A stretch of 64,000 nucleotides of DNA, from NCBI GenBank assembly GCA_965285935.1, contig OZ260666.1:37076001-37140000 (forward strand). The letters run 5' to 3'. Position 1 is the stretch's first letter. Each line of letters starts with the position of its first letter. Origin of the DNA: Ophelia neglecta. Lineage: Eukaryota. The translations under genes were made by a program, and so were the position numbers. This document shows, one piece after another, positions 1-11,521 of this stretch. The notes beneath the pieces are model-generated. The model had not been told where the DNA came from. It did not search any database and was given only the letters and a program-made list of their open reading frames with translations.

Positions 1-287
1 AATGTGGTACATTTTAAGAATTCTGGTATTACATTTTATCACAATTTGTTCATGTCAGGATTGCATGGCTTGTTTTCCTGTTTTAATTATTTACTTTATT
101 TAAATGAAGGGATGTTATTATTATATGTTATTAAAGTAGATTTAGTCAGTTTGTTTCTTAGTGTCTGTGCCTAGTGTTCTACCACTTCTCCCTCATATAC
201 CCCACACTGACCTCCTCTCTCTCTTCTCACCCTCTGGCTCTGAGTACACCCTATTTCTGATATCCTGTGTGAACTTTGACCTTTCAG

Positions 288-404
288 ACCTTTGCCTCCA
301 CCTGTACAAGCTCCTGAGCCTTCACCACCTATTTTCACTCCATCCAAGGTGGACTCTCCCATCAAACACGTGGAACCACCCAAGCCATTTGAACATTCAC
401 CAGG
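288..404 (+). CDS. Exon, Pro-rich (PLPPPVQAPEPSPPIFTPSKVDSPIKHVEPPKPFEHSP), phase 2-2
   Basis: ctttcag acceptor, GG|GTTGGT donor, 117 nt, open frame. Confidence 0.7.
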
Positions 405-1096
405 GTTGGTTTGAACATTCAACAACTTTTTCCACACAAACCTTCATTTTCTTTCTCACTCTGATAACCAGTTCAACAAGACTATGCACTGACCCATGTT
501 AATTAACAGGCTTAAGACAATCAGAGTGCTCTAAAGATCTATAAAGCAAACCTGATTTACAGATATCTAGAAGCATCGAAGGAACCATTGAGGTGTTGAT
601 TTTATGTACTTCTGAAACCAAGCCTTCTCATAGTTCCACAATCCCCTTCTTGTTTTCTCCTCTTCTTAGAATATTATAGATATCTTAGATGTTCTTTGTG
701 TTTCTGTTTCATAGAGTGAGGCTATGTAGACTAGACATTCAGGAGGGCATTATGGCAATAATGCAGCATCAACTTTAAAGCTATCCTGGAGTGCACCCCA
801 GTAACATGACATTATAATGCTTTGGACAGGGTTTTCAGGGCATAGTGCCGTAATTTAAAAACCGTAATGTCATGGTTGATTGATGTCATGGTTGTGGGAA
901 TCATTCACAGGACCTTTGAAGATGTTTGGCCCTGCCTTAATGTCCTTACATTGCTGTGATTTTTCTTTCCAATTGCAAGATGTCTTATGAACCTTGACAT
1001 AGGCATTTTTATTCATCATATAGCATTATTCATAGGAGTTCATTCATAAATTGTTAAGCTTTTGACACTGCTCATTTCTGAAACCTTGAATTGCAG

Positions 1097-1129
1097 GACA
1101 CAAGAGATCGGTTCTCCAATGCCGAGAAG
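1097..1129 (+). CDS. 33-nt microexon (TQEIGSPMPR), phase 2-2
   Basis: ttgcag acceptor, AG|GTGCTT donor, in frame with neighbours. Confidence 0.6.
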
Positions 1130-1596
1130 GTGCTTATTACTTCTTATAAGCATGTTGTCAACCCCAGTGCTCTACTGTGTGTGGCTTGTTACGTCTAGTC
1201 ATAAGACAGCTCCCTTTAGTTCTCATTGTTTTTTGATAAATATTCAAATTGTCAATAATTAAGAGGGAAATACTTGTCTTATAAATTAGCTATAGCAGTT
1301 TTGTGTATATCTTATTATTCAAATAGATTTTCTATTTATTTAAACATGGTGTCTTAAGGAATAATGCTTAACTTTTTATATACATACCTACTTGGTAGTT
1401 TGGACTTTATCAAATCCCCATTGTTTTGTTTGTATTTGCTTTTACAATTTGAAATCAAAAAAGTATGAATGAGCATGGAGATGTTTATCACTCTGCAAGA
1501 GCATTAATTTATACAAATGCAATGTGTTGTTTGCCGGATAGAGCAGTATATGATTGTTATCAATGTATAACGGTGTACCTGGTGTTATTCACGCAG

Positions 1597-2004
1597 ACTG
1601 TCATCGGAGCTGGCCCAGCCACAGATGAGTCCCATGCAGTACTCTCCGGCCCAGCCACAGAAACCACCCACTCCCGAGTCGTTCAAGTCTAGGGCAGACA
1701 TCGCCTTGTCTCCAGCTCCCACTCCGGAGCCCAAGACCTCGCCCATGCCCTGGCAGCATGAAGAGCCACCTAAAGCGGCTCCCGTGCAGCCTAGAGCACG
1801 TCCACAGCCACCCATGGCACCGCCATCTCCTGTCCAGGAGCCTATGGCGCCGCCGTCCCCGGTGGCCTTGAGTCACAGGAGGCCTGAACCTCCGACAGTG
1901 CCGACCTCGGTCAAGCCTGTCGAGTTTAAGATTGCCCCACAGCAGCCCAAGCCAGCCCCGAGACAACCGTCTCAGCTGCTGAAATACATTGAGGATGCTG
2001 ATAA
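1597..2004 (+). CDS. Exon, Pro/Gln-rich (PEVK-like), phase 2-2
   Basis: acgcag acceptor, AA|GTGAGC donor; ORF 1625..2008. Confidence 0.85.
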
Positions 2005-2762
2005 GTGAGCCTCCGACCTATCAGCATGAAGTGTGCCTCTAACCTCACCTGTAGTCGTCTTGTGTGTCAGTTCACTGACAAACGGTGTATAGCTTTTAAA
2101 GATTCTAACATTTACCTCTTTTATTTTCCTCCTATAAAAATTGATTAGTTTTGTTCCTATTGATCAATTTATTTGTTCTTTTCCTGATTTCATCACTGCT
2201 TTATGGTATAACATATTTATCAGTTATTTATTAATTTTGACCCTGCTCACAACTTTATCCATTGGATTCATACCATATATGTACATGCATGTTACCGGTG
2301 TACCACTCTATACATAGATGGCCATTCCAGACTAGAATCCTTAGTTGTGTTGTGTCCTGGTCTGCTAGAACTCCCCCCTTATGTTTCAGTTTTTTTCCTA
2401 CAGGTTACCATTTTTCTGTTTACAAGTACAAAAGAAAACAGGTCCTGTTGCACCTATGGTTTTCAAACTTCATTGGGTTTTGTGTGTTTTAACAAGTTTT
2501 CTTTTATACCAGTTATAGATTTTTTCATTAGTGGAACTTCCTTTACTGAGACAACCTCGCACCATAAACATTTTACTAAAATAAACTGGATTTCTAGGAA
2601 AAAGACTAGATTTGGTGGTAAAGATATAATAACAATTTGATACTTAGTTTAATATAAAATAGGTGGCAAAATCTGATGGGTTTAGAGTGGAAGATTAATT
2701 TAATGTAATGCATACATCTCATAATAAGACTGCCATTTAATTCTGAATTATGTGTTTTTCAG

Positions 2763-2789
2763 AGATCAACCAGATCTGAGACACGTACC
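2763..2789 (+). CDS. 27-nt microexon (DQPDLRHVP), phase 2-2
   Basis: tgtgtttttcag acceptor, CC|GTGAGT donor, in frame. Confidence 0.7.
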
Positions 2790-2902
2790 GTGAGTAAAAT
2801 TTTGAAATTAGTTTAACATAAAACACAGAGAGGGATTTTTATGATGAAAAATTTTCCTCACCAAAAGATTTCAGCAGACTGACTCATGTTCTGTTCTTCC
2901 AG

Positions 2903-3144
2903 TTCTCCGACTGATGAACGACCAGCCACTCATATTCTGATCAAGAAAGGCCTAGAGCCTGAGCCGGAGGCCTTCGACATGTACGACAAGGAGAACCCAC
3001 GTCCCCCCAAGTTCAGGGTGCAGCTCAAGCCGCAGCTCCACCTGGTGGAGAATATGCCAGCCCACTTTGAGACGAGGCTGGTTCCTATTGGAGACCCACA
3101 CATGCAAGTGGACTGGTACAAGGATGGCAAGCTGCTCAGTGCTG
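2903..3144 (+). CDS. Exon, N-half of kettin-type Ig domain
   Basis: PPKFRVQLKPQ...AHFETRLVPIGDPHMQVDWYKDG; ttcttccag / G|GTCAGT. Confidence 0.92.
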
Positions 3145-3319
3145 GTCAGTAATCAGCAGGTCAACTGCTCCTCTAATGTGTTATCAAAACTTAACTAGGC
3201 CAACGCTGTCGGGGGGCCGACAGCAAGGGGTATATCCGCGAATGCGTGCAATAATCGAATGGGGAACATGGCATAAGGCGAGGTAGTGAATATGGTAGTT
3301 TTTAGTTGGCACAAAAGAT

Positions 3320-3910
3320 AACGACCTTAATTAATTTTTGTTCAGGTCATTAATAAAGTTAAACTAGTTAACTTATTACACAGTACTAGTTAACTTATTA
3401 CACAGATTGTAGTAGGTTCTATTTGACCTCAATAATAATGCAGGTCATTCTTAAAGTTGGTGTCATATGACCTCAATAATAATGCAAAATGACCCTAACT
3501 AATTCTTTTTCAGGTCATTAATAAAGTGAACTAGTGAACTTATTAGTGGGTTCCATAAACCTCAATAATAATGCAAAATGACCTTAACTAAATTTTTTTC
3601 AGGTCATTAATAAAGTTAACTAATTAACTTATTACACACATGGTAGTAGGTTCCATATGACCTCAATAATAATGAAAAACTGCCTTAACTAATTTTTTTT
3701 CAGGTCATTAATAAAGTTAACTAGTTAACTTATTACACAGTACTAGTTAACTTGTTACACAGATTGTAGTAGCTTCTATATAACCACAATAATAAGGCAG
3801 GTCATTAGTAAAGTTGTTTCCATGTGACCTCAAGAATAATGCAAAACCACCTTAACTAATTATTTTTCAGGTCATTAATAAAGTTAACTAGTTAACTTAT
3901 TACACAGATT
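3320..3910. repeat. Degenerate ~120-bp tandem repeat inside the HINE
   Basis: Recurring ttcaggtcattaataaagttaactagttaacttattacacag and gacctcaataataatgca. Confidence 0.85.
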
Positions 3911-3984
3911 GTATATAGTTATTACATGAATCATGACACAAAACTTCAAGCCAATATCATCTATACTTTGAAATATATGATACA

Positions 3985-4440
3985 AAATGTGTTTTTGACA
4001 TAAATAATTAATTATTTTAACTAATTAATAATTATCAGAAATTCAGCAGAATAAATACAGGTCTTCCTCTCAATAAGGTCTATGGCTGTGTCAAATTAGA
4101 AAAAGATGTATCAAATATTTTTTGTGTTATTGCAGAAAATGCGTTTCTGACGTAATTAATTAATTATTTTAACTAATTAATAATTATCAGAAATTCACCA
4201 GAATAAATACAGGTCTTCCTCTCAATAAGGTCTATGGCTGTGTCAAATAAGAAAAAGATGTATCAAATATTTTTTGTGTTATTGCAGAAAATGCGTTTCT
4301 GACGTAATTAATTAATTATTTTAACTAATTAATAATTATTGGATTTTCACCAGAATCTAATCAGTTCCTCCTCTCAATAAGGTCTATGGCTGTGTTGAAT
4401 TTGAAAAAGATGTACGCAATGGTTTTTGAGTTATCGCGTT
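3985..4440. repeat. ~152-bp tandem repeat, 3 copies, inside the HINE
   Basis: caataaggtctatggctgtgt at 4071, 4223 and 4375. Confidence 0.9.
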
Positions 4441-4454
4441 AACGACTAAAATCT

Positions 4455-4517
<63 letters not shown>
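4455..4517. repeat. (GCG)21 microsatellite
   Basis: Direct reading. Confidence 0.97.
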
Positions 4518-4518
<1 letters not shown>

Positions 4519-4598
4519 TACTGAAAACATAATATCCGCATTTCGCGGATATAATTAATAATGATTCAGACATGGAGTTCACTAATATCTTTGCTGAT

Positions 4599-4763
4599 AC
4601 ACTGGGGCCAAATGATTAAGAAAGGGTTCAGCTGCACTTTCTGTTTGGTGGTAAAAACCTGATAATGCTTCTGTCCAATTTACTTAAGTGAGGATGATGT
4701 CACAGTGACATCATAATTCCCTGAAGAGTTCCCAGGAACCATTTGTTTATTTGGCCCCAGTGT
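4599..4763. mobile_element. Small MITE-like element (unclassified)
   Basis: Perfect 15-bp terminal inverted repeat ACACTGGGGCCAAAT / ATTTGGCCCCAGTGT; no clear TSD. Confidence 0.6.
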
Positions 4764-4930
4764 GGATAATTCACAAATATGATTTTGCTGAGAAAGCAGT
4801 ATACAGCCCTGTGGGTCTTTGGCAAGGTCAGACTACTTCTGATATAGCAACAAGGACATGCACATGTTCTATTATACACTATTAAATGCCTTTATACACA
4901 AGTAATGAGTCTGTTGATGTGTGCTTTCAG

Positions 4931-5139
4931 GCCATCGTTTCAGGACAGTTAATGACTTTGGGTATGTAGCCCTGGACATCCTGTACAGCCTACCTGAAGA
5001 CAATGGTATTTACAGCTGTAAGGCTGTCAACAGGGTAGGACAGGACCAGGTGCAGACCAACCTGGCCTGTGTGGCCAAGGAGTCTGTCATCACTGACAGC
5101 CAACTGCCAGAGGGAGCTAAGTCAATGGGAAAACTAAAC
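4931..5139 (+). CDS. Exon, C-half of kettin-type Ig plus linker
   Basis: GHRFRTVNDFGYVALDILYSLPEDNGIYSCKAVN; tttcag / AAC|GTGAGT. Confidence 0.93.
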
Positions 5140-5215
5140 GTGAGTACATGTCAACCCCCTCAAACCCTCTACTGCCGGATTATATTAAGTTTACTCTCTT
5201 ATAAGTAAAATACTA

Positions 5216-5393
5216 CAGTGAAACCTGCCTTTAAGACCACCTCTATATTTAGACCACCTGTCAATTCAGACCACTAACTTGGAGACCCTACTATACACTT
5301 TTAATGTAAATTAACCTGTCTAAACAGACCACCTCCATAAACAGACCAACATTTTACAGTCCCTTGGGTGGTCTCAATTCACAGGTTTCATTG
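5216..5393. mobile_element. Tc1/mariner-pogo-type MITE
   Basis: TA|CAGTGAAACCTG ... CAGGTTTCATTG|TA: TIRs with one mismatch, TA duplication, internal AGACCAC repeats. Confidence 0.8.
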
Positions 5394-5454
5394 TATAGTT
5401 AAACGGTTACCAGTCTCTATATTTTTAACCTAATGGTTGCATTTCCTTACACAG

Positions 5455-5655
5455 GCAATGGAGGAGTCAATAGAGAGAGAGCGTATTGGCAAGCCGCTCA
5501 AGGAGATGGAGTTAGAGCCAGCGGCGCCCATGTTTGACCTGATGCCAGAGGCTATGCAGGTCGAGGAGGGTGACTCAGCCAAATTCATGGTGAAAATCTC
5601 TGGCCACCCTCGACCCCGCCTCACATGGTGGATCAATGGAGCTATCGTGGTAGAT
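5455..5655 (+). CDS. Exon, linker plus N-half Ig
   Basis: APMFDLMPEAMQVEEGDSAKFMVKISGHPRPRLTWWING; acacag / GAT|GTACGT. Confidence 0.9.
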
Positions 5656-5959
5656 GTACGTTCACCTTGATACATATACAGAGAATATTTAATCTTAATA
5701 TTATTTTTATGTTTGGTTTGCATAATCAACCATTTTTATTTATGTCAATTCATATTTAAAAAAAATACGGGATGATTTTTTTGGTTCAATGGGGAAATTT
5801 AGTAGAAAATGTACTATAAATTTTTATTGATGTATTAAATAAAGGTATGAAAAAAATGTTCTTCAAGTCAACTACTTTAAAGCATGCTCCTAAAACTAGC
5901 ATTTTGTGTAGCATATTGAACCATAGCATGAAATTAAGGTATATTATTACTGTTCACAG

Positions 5960-6146
5960 AGTCCAAGATTCCGCCTTCGCTATGACGGAATGATTCACAT
6001 TCTGGAAATCCCCAAAGTGAGAGACTATGACAACGGCACAATCCGTGCTGTAGCCAAGAACCCGCTGGGAGAGGCCGAGTGTTCTACCACTCTGATGGTC
6101 ATCCCACGCTCCGACTGGAGAAGCCTCCTCAAACAAGCTCCCCGAT
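5960..6146 (+). CDS. Exon, C-half Ig (similar to kettin C-terminal Ig)
   Basis: SPRFRLRYDGMIHILEIPKVRDYDNGTIRAVAKNPLGEAECSTTLMVIPRSDWRSLLKQAPR; tcacag / T|GTAAGT. Confidence 0.9.
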
Positions 6147-7295
6147 GTAAGTAGTATTTACCATATAATGGACTAGTCCTCTAAGCTTGAAGGTCTCAGT
6201 AGGTTTTCCATAAGCCAACATCATAAGATTTTATTTTTTAAGTCATATTCAGAACATTCGTTCAGTACCAAGACATTTATCATTTTGAATGTAAACATCT
6301 GTGTAATTAATGGTTAAAAACACACTATAAATACCAACTCACTTGCTAGCTATAGACAGTTCTCCAACACTACCTTATGTAAACACAACCACATGCGCTT
6401 CACTTTTTACTAGCCCGGTGTCCATGAAAACTATTTAAAAAAGTAGTTTACCAGAAATATGGCAATTCTCAAAGATATAGCCACCATGTGGTCAGCAAAT
6501 GACCAGACTTGTGTCCAGAAGGCTAAAGTTGTCCAGAATAGTCTTGAAATCAGAAATAATCTGTGAAAATATAAGTTAATTAGTTCAGGGACTGGCTTTG
6601 TTGTGCTTGGAGCCAGTGATTGTATGTCTAATGCCCCTTAATACCTCTACACCCAGGTATTATCACAAGACTCAGGCCAACAACTGTAGGTGTTTCAGCA
6701 TGCTACTTCATGTAAGCACTCCCAACTACTACATGTTTCAATACTGCTAGATCTCAGCACTCAGATGGTGTCTAGGATATTGCCATAAAACTTTACATAC
6801 AAATATCTCTTTATCATGGAGACTCAATAAACCAGTGATAGTCTATTCAGCTTGTGTTTTATTAGCTGTAAAATTCTCATCTTATTTATCCTAAGAGGTA
6901 GCTCTTCAAAGTAAATATATTTTCCCTCTTTTGTTAATTTGAAAATTAAGTCAAGTTAGTAGAGGGTTTCTAACAGCAGATAAGACCAGAGATAGACCAC
7001 AGATGCCAGTTGCCAGTATTATTACAATCACCTCAGACTAATCAAATCACAGAACCATGTGGAGTGTATCACATCATGCAATGTAGCTACCTGATACACC
7101 TAACATTAGGAGAAGTCTGGCTGGCCTGCTACCGCTTGGCCTGCAATTCCCCATTTCTTCATGAGCCAGTCTGGCAGCAATGTTGTTCCTTAAAATAGCT
7201 GGGGACGATACCAGAAAAACACTAGGGATAGAGATTTCCATGACTCGGACCATGTGAATTTGTGAGAAATAAGTTGTGTTTTCTGCAAATTCTAG

Positions 7296-7412
7296 CCACA
7301 GTCGAGGTAGAGCTTGAGAAGAGGAAGACGCTGGAAGTCAGGAGTAATGAATTGGACAAAGCACTGAAGAAACCAAAAACTACTGTGGTAGAACTGAGAG
7401 CATTCGAGAGAT
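7296..7412 (+). CDS. Exon, charged linker (TVEVELEKRKTLEVRSNELDKALKKPKTTVVELRAFER), phase 1-1
   Basis: ttctag acceptor (alternative in-frame cag at 7301), T|GTAAGT donor. Confidence 0.82.
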
Positions 7413-7788
7413 GTAAGTATAAAAGACCTTCTTAGTACTGAAGTGACTATCTAGTGGCAGTCAGGGAGCTGATTAATATATATTTTAAAGCATTTAGTTG
7501 ATGGTGGGCCTGGTTTATGTCTGCTTCCTTGAAGAACTTCTTAGCAAATTCAGCTGAAATATGAAACAAATAACAATATTTTTACTAAATGTAAAGAATG
7601 TGATACTCAGTAATCCCTGTACAGGATCTGCTCTCAGTCTGTTTTTGTTAATGAAGATATGACTATGTTAAGCTGGAATGTTTATGGTCTGTATGATTCT
7701 GTAGCCAGAGTATTGATGTCTTTGTTATGGCATATGAGCTGTAGAGTTTTGTAGCTTGATTTTAAGACTTGTCATTTGTGTTGCGTAG

Positions 7789-8086
7789 CTACCCAGGACA
7801 GGGTGCAGCACATCAGGGATGAGGAGGTAAAGCAGGCGTACCTCGACATCAACCTCCAGCACTCCAAGATGGCTCAGACAGGAGGAGCCACCATGGGCGA
7901 GCCCAACGTCCACGTGGAGAACATGGCGCACATTGTCCGCGCCAAGCGTATGATTGACCTAAACACAGCCACCCCCATCGACCACCAGAAACAGACTGTG
8001 GAGAAGACACGACCTACCGCACGTGAACCCCCCATGTTCACGGTGCCCATCGAGAACAAAGAGGTCAAAGAAGGACAGGTCATCAA
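7789..8086 (+). CDS. Exon, linker plus start of Ig
   Basis: ...REPPMFTVPIENKEVKEGQVI; gcgtag / AA|GTATGT. Confidence 0.88.
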
Positions 8087-8417
8087 GTATGTTGTCCTTA
8101 TATTAACACTATTTTAATATATCATCATAGAATTAGATGTATCATCATATAATTAGGGTTACTGAATTCTCACAATATCTTTATGAAGTAAAGGGTTTCA
8201 AATTACCCTTATAATTAGTGTTGATATTTCTTGCTTCCAAACATTGCAATTTTTCATATTTTTATGTATTTTGTGCCTCTATTGTATTAAATGTGATTAT
8301 ACTGTCTAAATTAAGATGTAATTTTGACTTGATTGTGACTTTATGATTATATGGAGTATGCTGTAGAGGCCATAGTTGACATCAGTCAGTATTTTATGAG
8401 CCACCCTTGTGTTTAAG

Positions 8418-8635
8418 GTTTGAGGTTCAGTTCCAAGGCTACCCTACACCAGACATACACTGGTACAGAGAGGGTGTGGAGATCCAGCCATCCCGGGACT
8501 TCCAGATCACCAGCCTCTACCAGAAGTCCTTCCTGGTCATACCAGAAGTCTTCCTGGAGGACTCCGGAACCTTCACCTGTCGCGCTGTCAATGATTTCGG
8601 AATGGCCGAGTGCAGAGCTGTGCTCACCGTACATG
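8418..8635 (+). CDS. Exon, Ig body
   Basis: FEVQFQGYPTPDIHWYREG...EDSGTFTCRAVNDFG; tttaag / G|GTAAGG. Confidence 0.92.
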
Positions 8636-8803
8636 GTAAGGACACATTGTCCCCTTCTCTGTACTATGTACAGTGTCTGTGTAAGGCCAAGCATGGCCGA
8701 GTGCAGAGTTGTGCTCACCGTACATGGTAAGGACACATTGTCCCCTTCTCTGTACATGTACTATGTACAGTGTCTGTGTAAGGCCAAGTGTGGCCCAGTG
8801 CAG
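8602..8803. repeat. 91-bp tandem duplication spanning exon end and 5' splice site
   Basis: atggccgagtgcagag.tgtgctcaccgtacatggtaaggacacattg at 8602 and 8693. Confidence 0.92.
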
Positions 8804-8992
8804 GGTAATTTGGAGGGATAAATTTGTATTTTCTATGATTTTAGAGATGTGCAGAAACCATTCTTTTTGGACTTATTAAAATAAACATAGCATGTTTAGT
8901 TTGTCCAACAATGCCCCTACCTTAATTTGTAAGTCTGTCACATTTATGTTGTCCTTTCAACAAAGGCAACACAAAGTAATCCATTACAATAT

Positions 8993-9515
8993 CAGTACTG
9001 TGTACATGTACATGTATTTATAACAATGCTCATACCCTCACACTAGCCAACATGGAGTCACATAGTAACAATTCATTCTGCTGATTAAAGCAGGTACTTG
9101 GTCTAGAAAAATGCTAAATGTATTATTGATATATGTTGAATTTTTTCAAGATAGAAAGGTGTCACAACAAAAAGTCACAACCCACAAGAGACAATTAGTT
9201 TTGTTATATTCTTATATAAATTGTTCCTCATATTTTGCCTTTGCAGAGGACTTGTCAGTACTGTGTACATGTACTTGTATTAATAACAATGCTCATACCA
9301 TCACACTAGCTAACATGGAGTCGCATAGTAACAATTCATGCTGCTGATAAAAACAGTTACTTCATTTAGAAAAAATGCTAAATGTATTATAGATATAAAT
9401 GTTGAATTTATTCAAAATAGAAAGGTGTCACAACAAAAAGTCACAAGCCACAATAGACCATCAGTTTTGATATCCTTATATAATTTGTTCCTCATATCTT
9501 GCTTTTGCAGAGGAC
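8993..9515. repeat. ~264-bp intronic tandem duplication including the 3' splice site
   Basis: Two diverged copies, each ending ttgcag|aggac (AG at 9246 and 9510). Confidence 0.92.
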
Positions 9516-9647
9516 GTAAACAAAGTGAAGGAATTTCCACCAGAATTCCGAGTGCAGATGCGAGATATCACTATCCGCATTGGAGAGCCTGCAACGTTTG
9601 ACTGTCACATCACAGGACATCCTAAGCCAGAGGCGTACTGGGCTAAG
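9511..9647 (+). CDS. Exon, N-half Ig
   Basis: FPPEFRVQMRDITIRIGEPATFDCHITGHPKPEAYWAK; ttttgcag / AAG|GTACTA. Confidence 0.9.
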
Positions 9648-10176
9648 GTACTACATCACCCATTGCTTTTATCAGAAATACTTTATATCAATGTCAATAG
9701 GATTTTACACTTTATCAGTCGTACATATACATTACCGAAAAATGTCTGGTACAAACTTACAATATTGGTGACATGTATTCAAAGAATTGTTTCCTGTTCC
9801 CAAAGCTATACTTTTCTATTATACCATAATTCCTCTAGTTCTTCACACACTTTGAAGGCCTTAATTCATATGTGGCAGTGTCCATAATTCAAATTGTTTC
9901 CCTCTAAGGATAATTACAATATATACATGATTCCCTATTAAATCCTGTAATCAAAATAGTAATAGTTTTTGTTTTGCCACTAATTATTCATATAGCTGGA
10001 ATTTGACAACTTTTAGGTATCTATAAAATAAGAGAAATTTCAGTACATGAGAATTCCTTACCCACTTGATCCTAGTTTTTTCAGTACCTTCTTACACATT
10101 GAAATGTTCTTCTAAATGACTCTAGACTATGTTCAGTTGGTGTTGCCACCTATAGTTGTCAGTCCTTTGGTTGCAG

Positions 10177-10366
10177 GATGGTCGCCGGCTGACCGAGACT
10201 CCCCGCTGGAAGTTCTTTGTAGAGGAGGACCACTATACTTTCCTGATCTACGAGGTGCGTCGTGAGGACATGGGCCGCTATGAGTGTGTAGCCGTCAACA
10301 AGAGCGGCAAGGCCACCTGCAGCGCCCGCCTCACGGTCGAAGGTGAGCCACAACGCAAGCTGCCAG
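10177..10366 (+). CDS. Exon, C-half Ig; two in-frame donors (after 10342 or 10366)
   Basis: DGRRLTETPRWKF...EDMGRYECVAVNKSG; G|GTGAGC and G|GTAAGC. Confidence 0.9.
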
Positions 10367-11308
10367 GTAAGCAGACATCTGATTGGCTGGTTAGAAGTGA
10401 TGTGTGCCCGTATGCTGTGCTGTGATCAAACCGGTACTGAGTGAAGTATTCAGGTGATGGGCTCGTCCATCCAGGAATCTTTACAAAGTTAGAAGTCAAA
10501 GTTCACATCCTTTCAGGGATCAGTATAATTAAACAGAAAAACAAAATCATATAGTGACCTGAAAGGAAGGAAATTGATTAAAGGGCTTGTTTGGCTTCTT
10601 TTAATTTTCATTTATTGAGTCTCCTTAATTTAGACTTTGAAGCCAATTTAAGCAATTTTGTGAAAACAACAAACTGTTGTATAGTTCCTATATGTTTATT
10701 ATTTTAAAGTAATTGGTAAGTGTGGCTGTCTCATACTGTAGTGTAATGCACACATCTGATCAGCCTGTACCTGCTTGGCAATGTTTATTTGATATCTCAA
10801 CTAAAATGAGACCCTCTAGATAATATTGAACTCCAAAGAATAACTAGACCTTATGTTCCTGTTACCATCTTTTAATATAGATTAGGTTTTGTTTAATTTC
10901 TTCATGTAGGATTTTATCATCCTCATTCTTGGTGTTGGTTTTATCTGTACTCTATCTCATCCTTTAATTGGTCAACAGAATGGTTTCAATTCATCTTTAT
11001 CTCAGCTCTCAATGGACCCAACTTTTACATAGATATTACTATAATTAAGTACAAATAATTGGTTATTACCTTTATTCATTGAATTCCATTTCCATGCCTG
11101 TGATGTGTCTGGATAAATCACTTCAACATTTGAAGAAATCACTTTACTGTTTAGTCATGTCTTTGATCATTTATTTATATCAATCAGAATATTAGTCAAC
11201 AGTTTAAATAGTACAAAAAGAAGAGATACATGGGGTTCAGTAGTAATGCTGGTTATCAATGTGGTCCTGTACTAGTTTGCATATTGAATTTGGACATTTG
11301 TTATTCAG

Positions 11309-11521
11309 GTAAACCAGAACCCCAGGTTCCTGCTGCCCCGGCCCCCGTCGCCCACAGCTCACCACAGCTGATTGAGCCAATGAGGGACCAGCATGTCAAC
11401 GAGGGAGAGCAGGTCCACTTCCAGTGTAAGATCGTAGCCACTCCGGACCCCTTAGTCCAGTGGTACTACAACAACCAAGTCATCAAACCATCCAAGTACT
11501 TCCTGATGAGCTCTGACAGAG
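11309..11521 (+). CDS. Exon, linker plus N-half Ig
   Basis: SPQLIEPMRDQHVNEGEQVHFQCKIVATPDPLVQWYYN; ttattcag / G|GTAAAA. Confidence 0.9.

Larger units (their letters stand above)
3191..4556 (-). mobile_element. Non-autonomous Helentron-associated element (HINE/DINE-1/pearl-like) with internal tandem repeats and microsatellite
   Basis: Sub-terminal inverted repeat TATATCCGCGAA (3231-3242) / TTCGCGGATATA (4542-4553); end hairpin ATATCCGC...GCGGATAT (4532-4552); stem-loop GCTGTCGG-GGGG-CCGACAGC (3205-3224); (GCG)21; ~120-bp and ~152-bp tandem units. Confidence 0.8.

Noticed and set aside
2404-2480. Possible extra phase-2 exon after ttttttcctacag
   Set aside because: No convincing donor in a compatible phase and a peptide unlike its neighbours; cannot be supported
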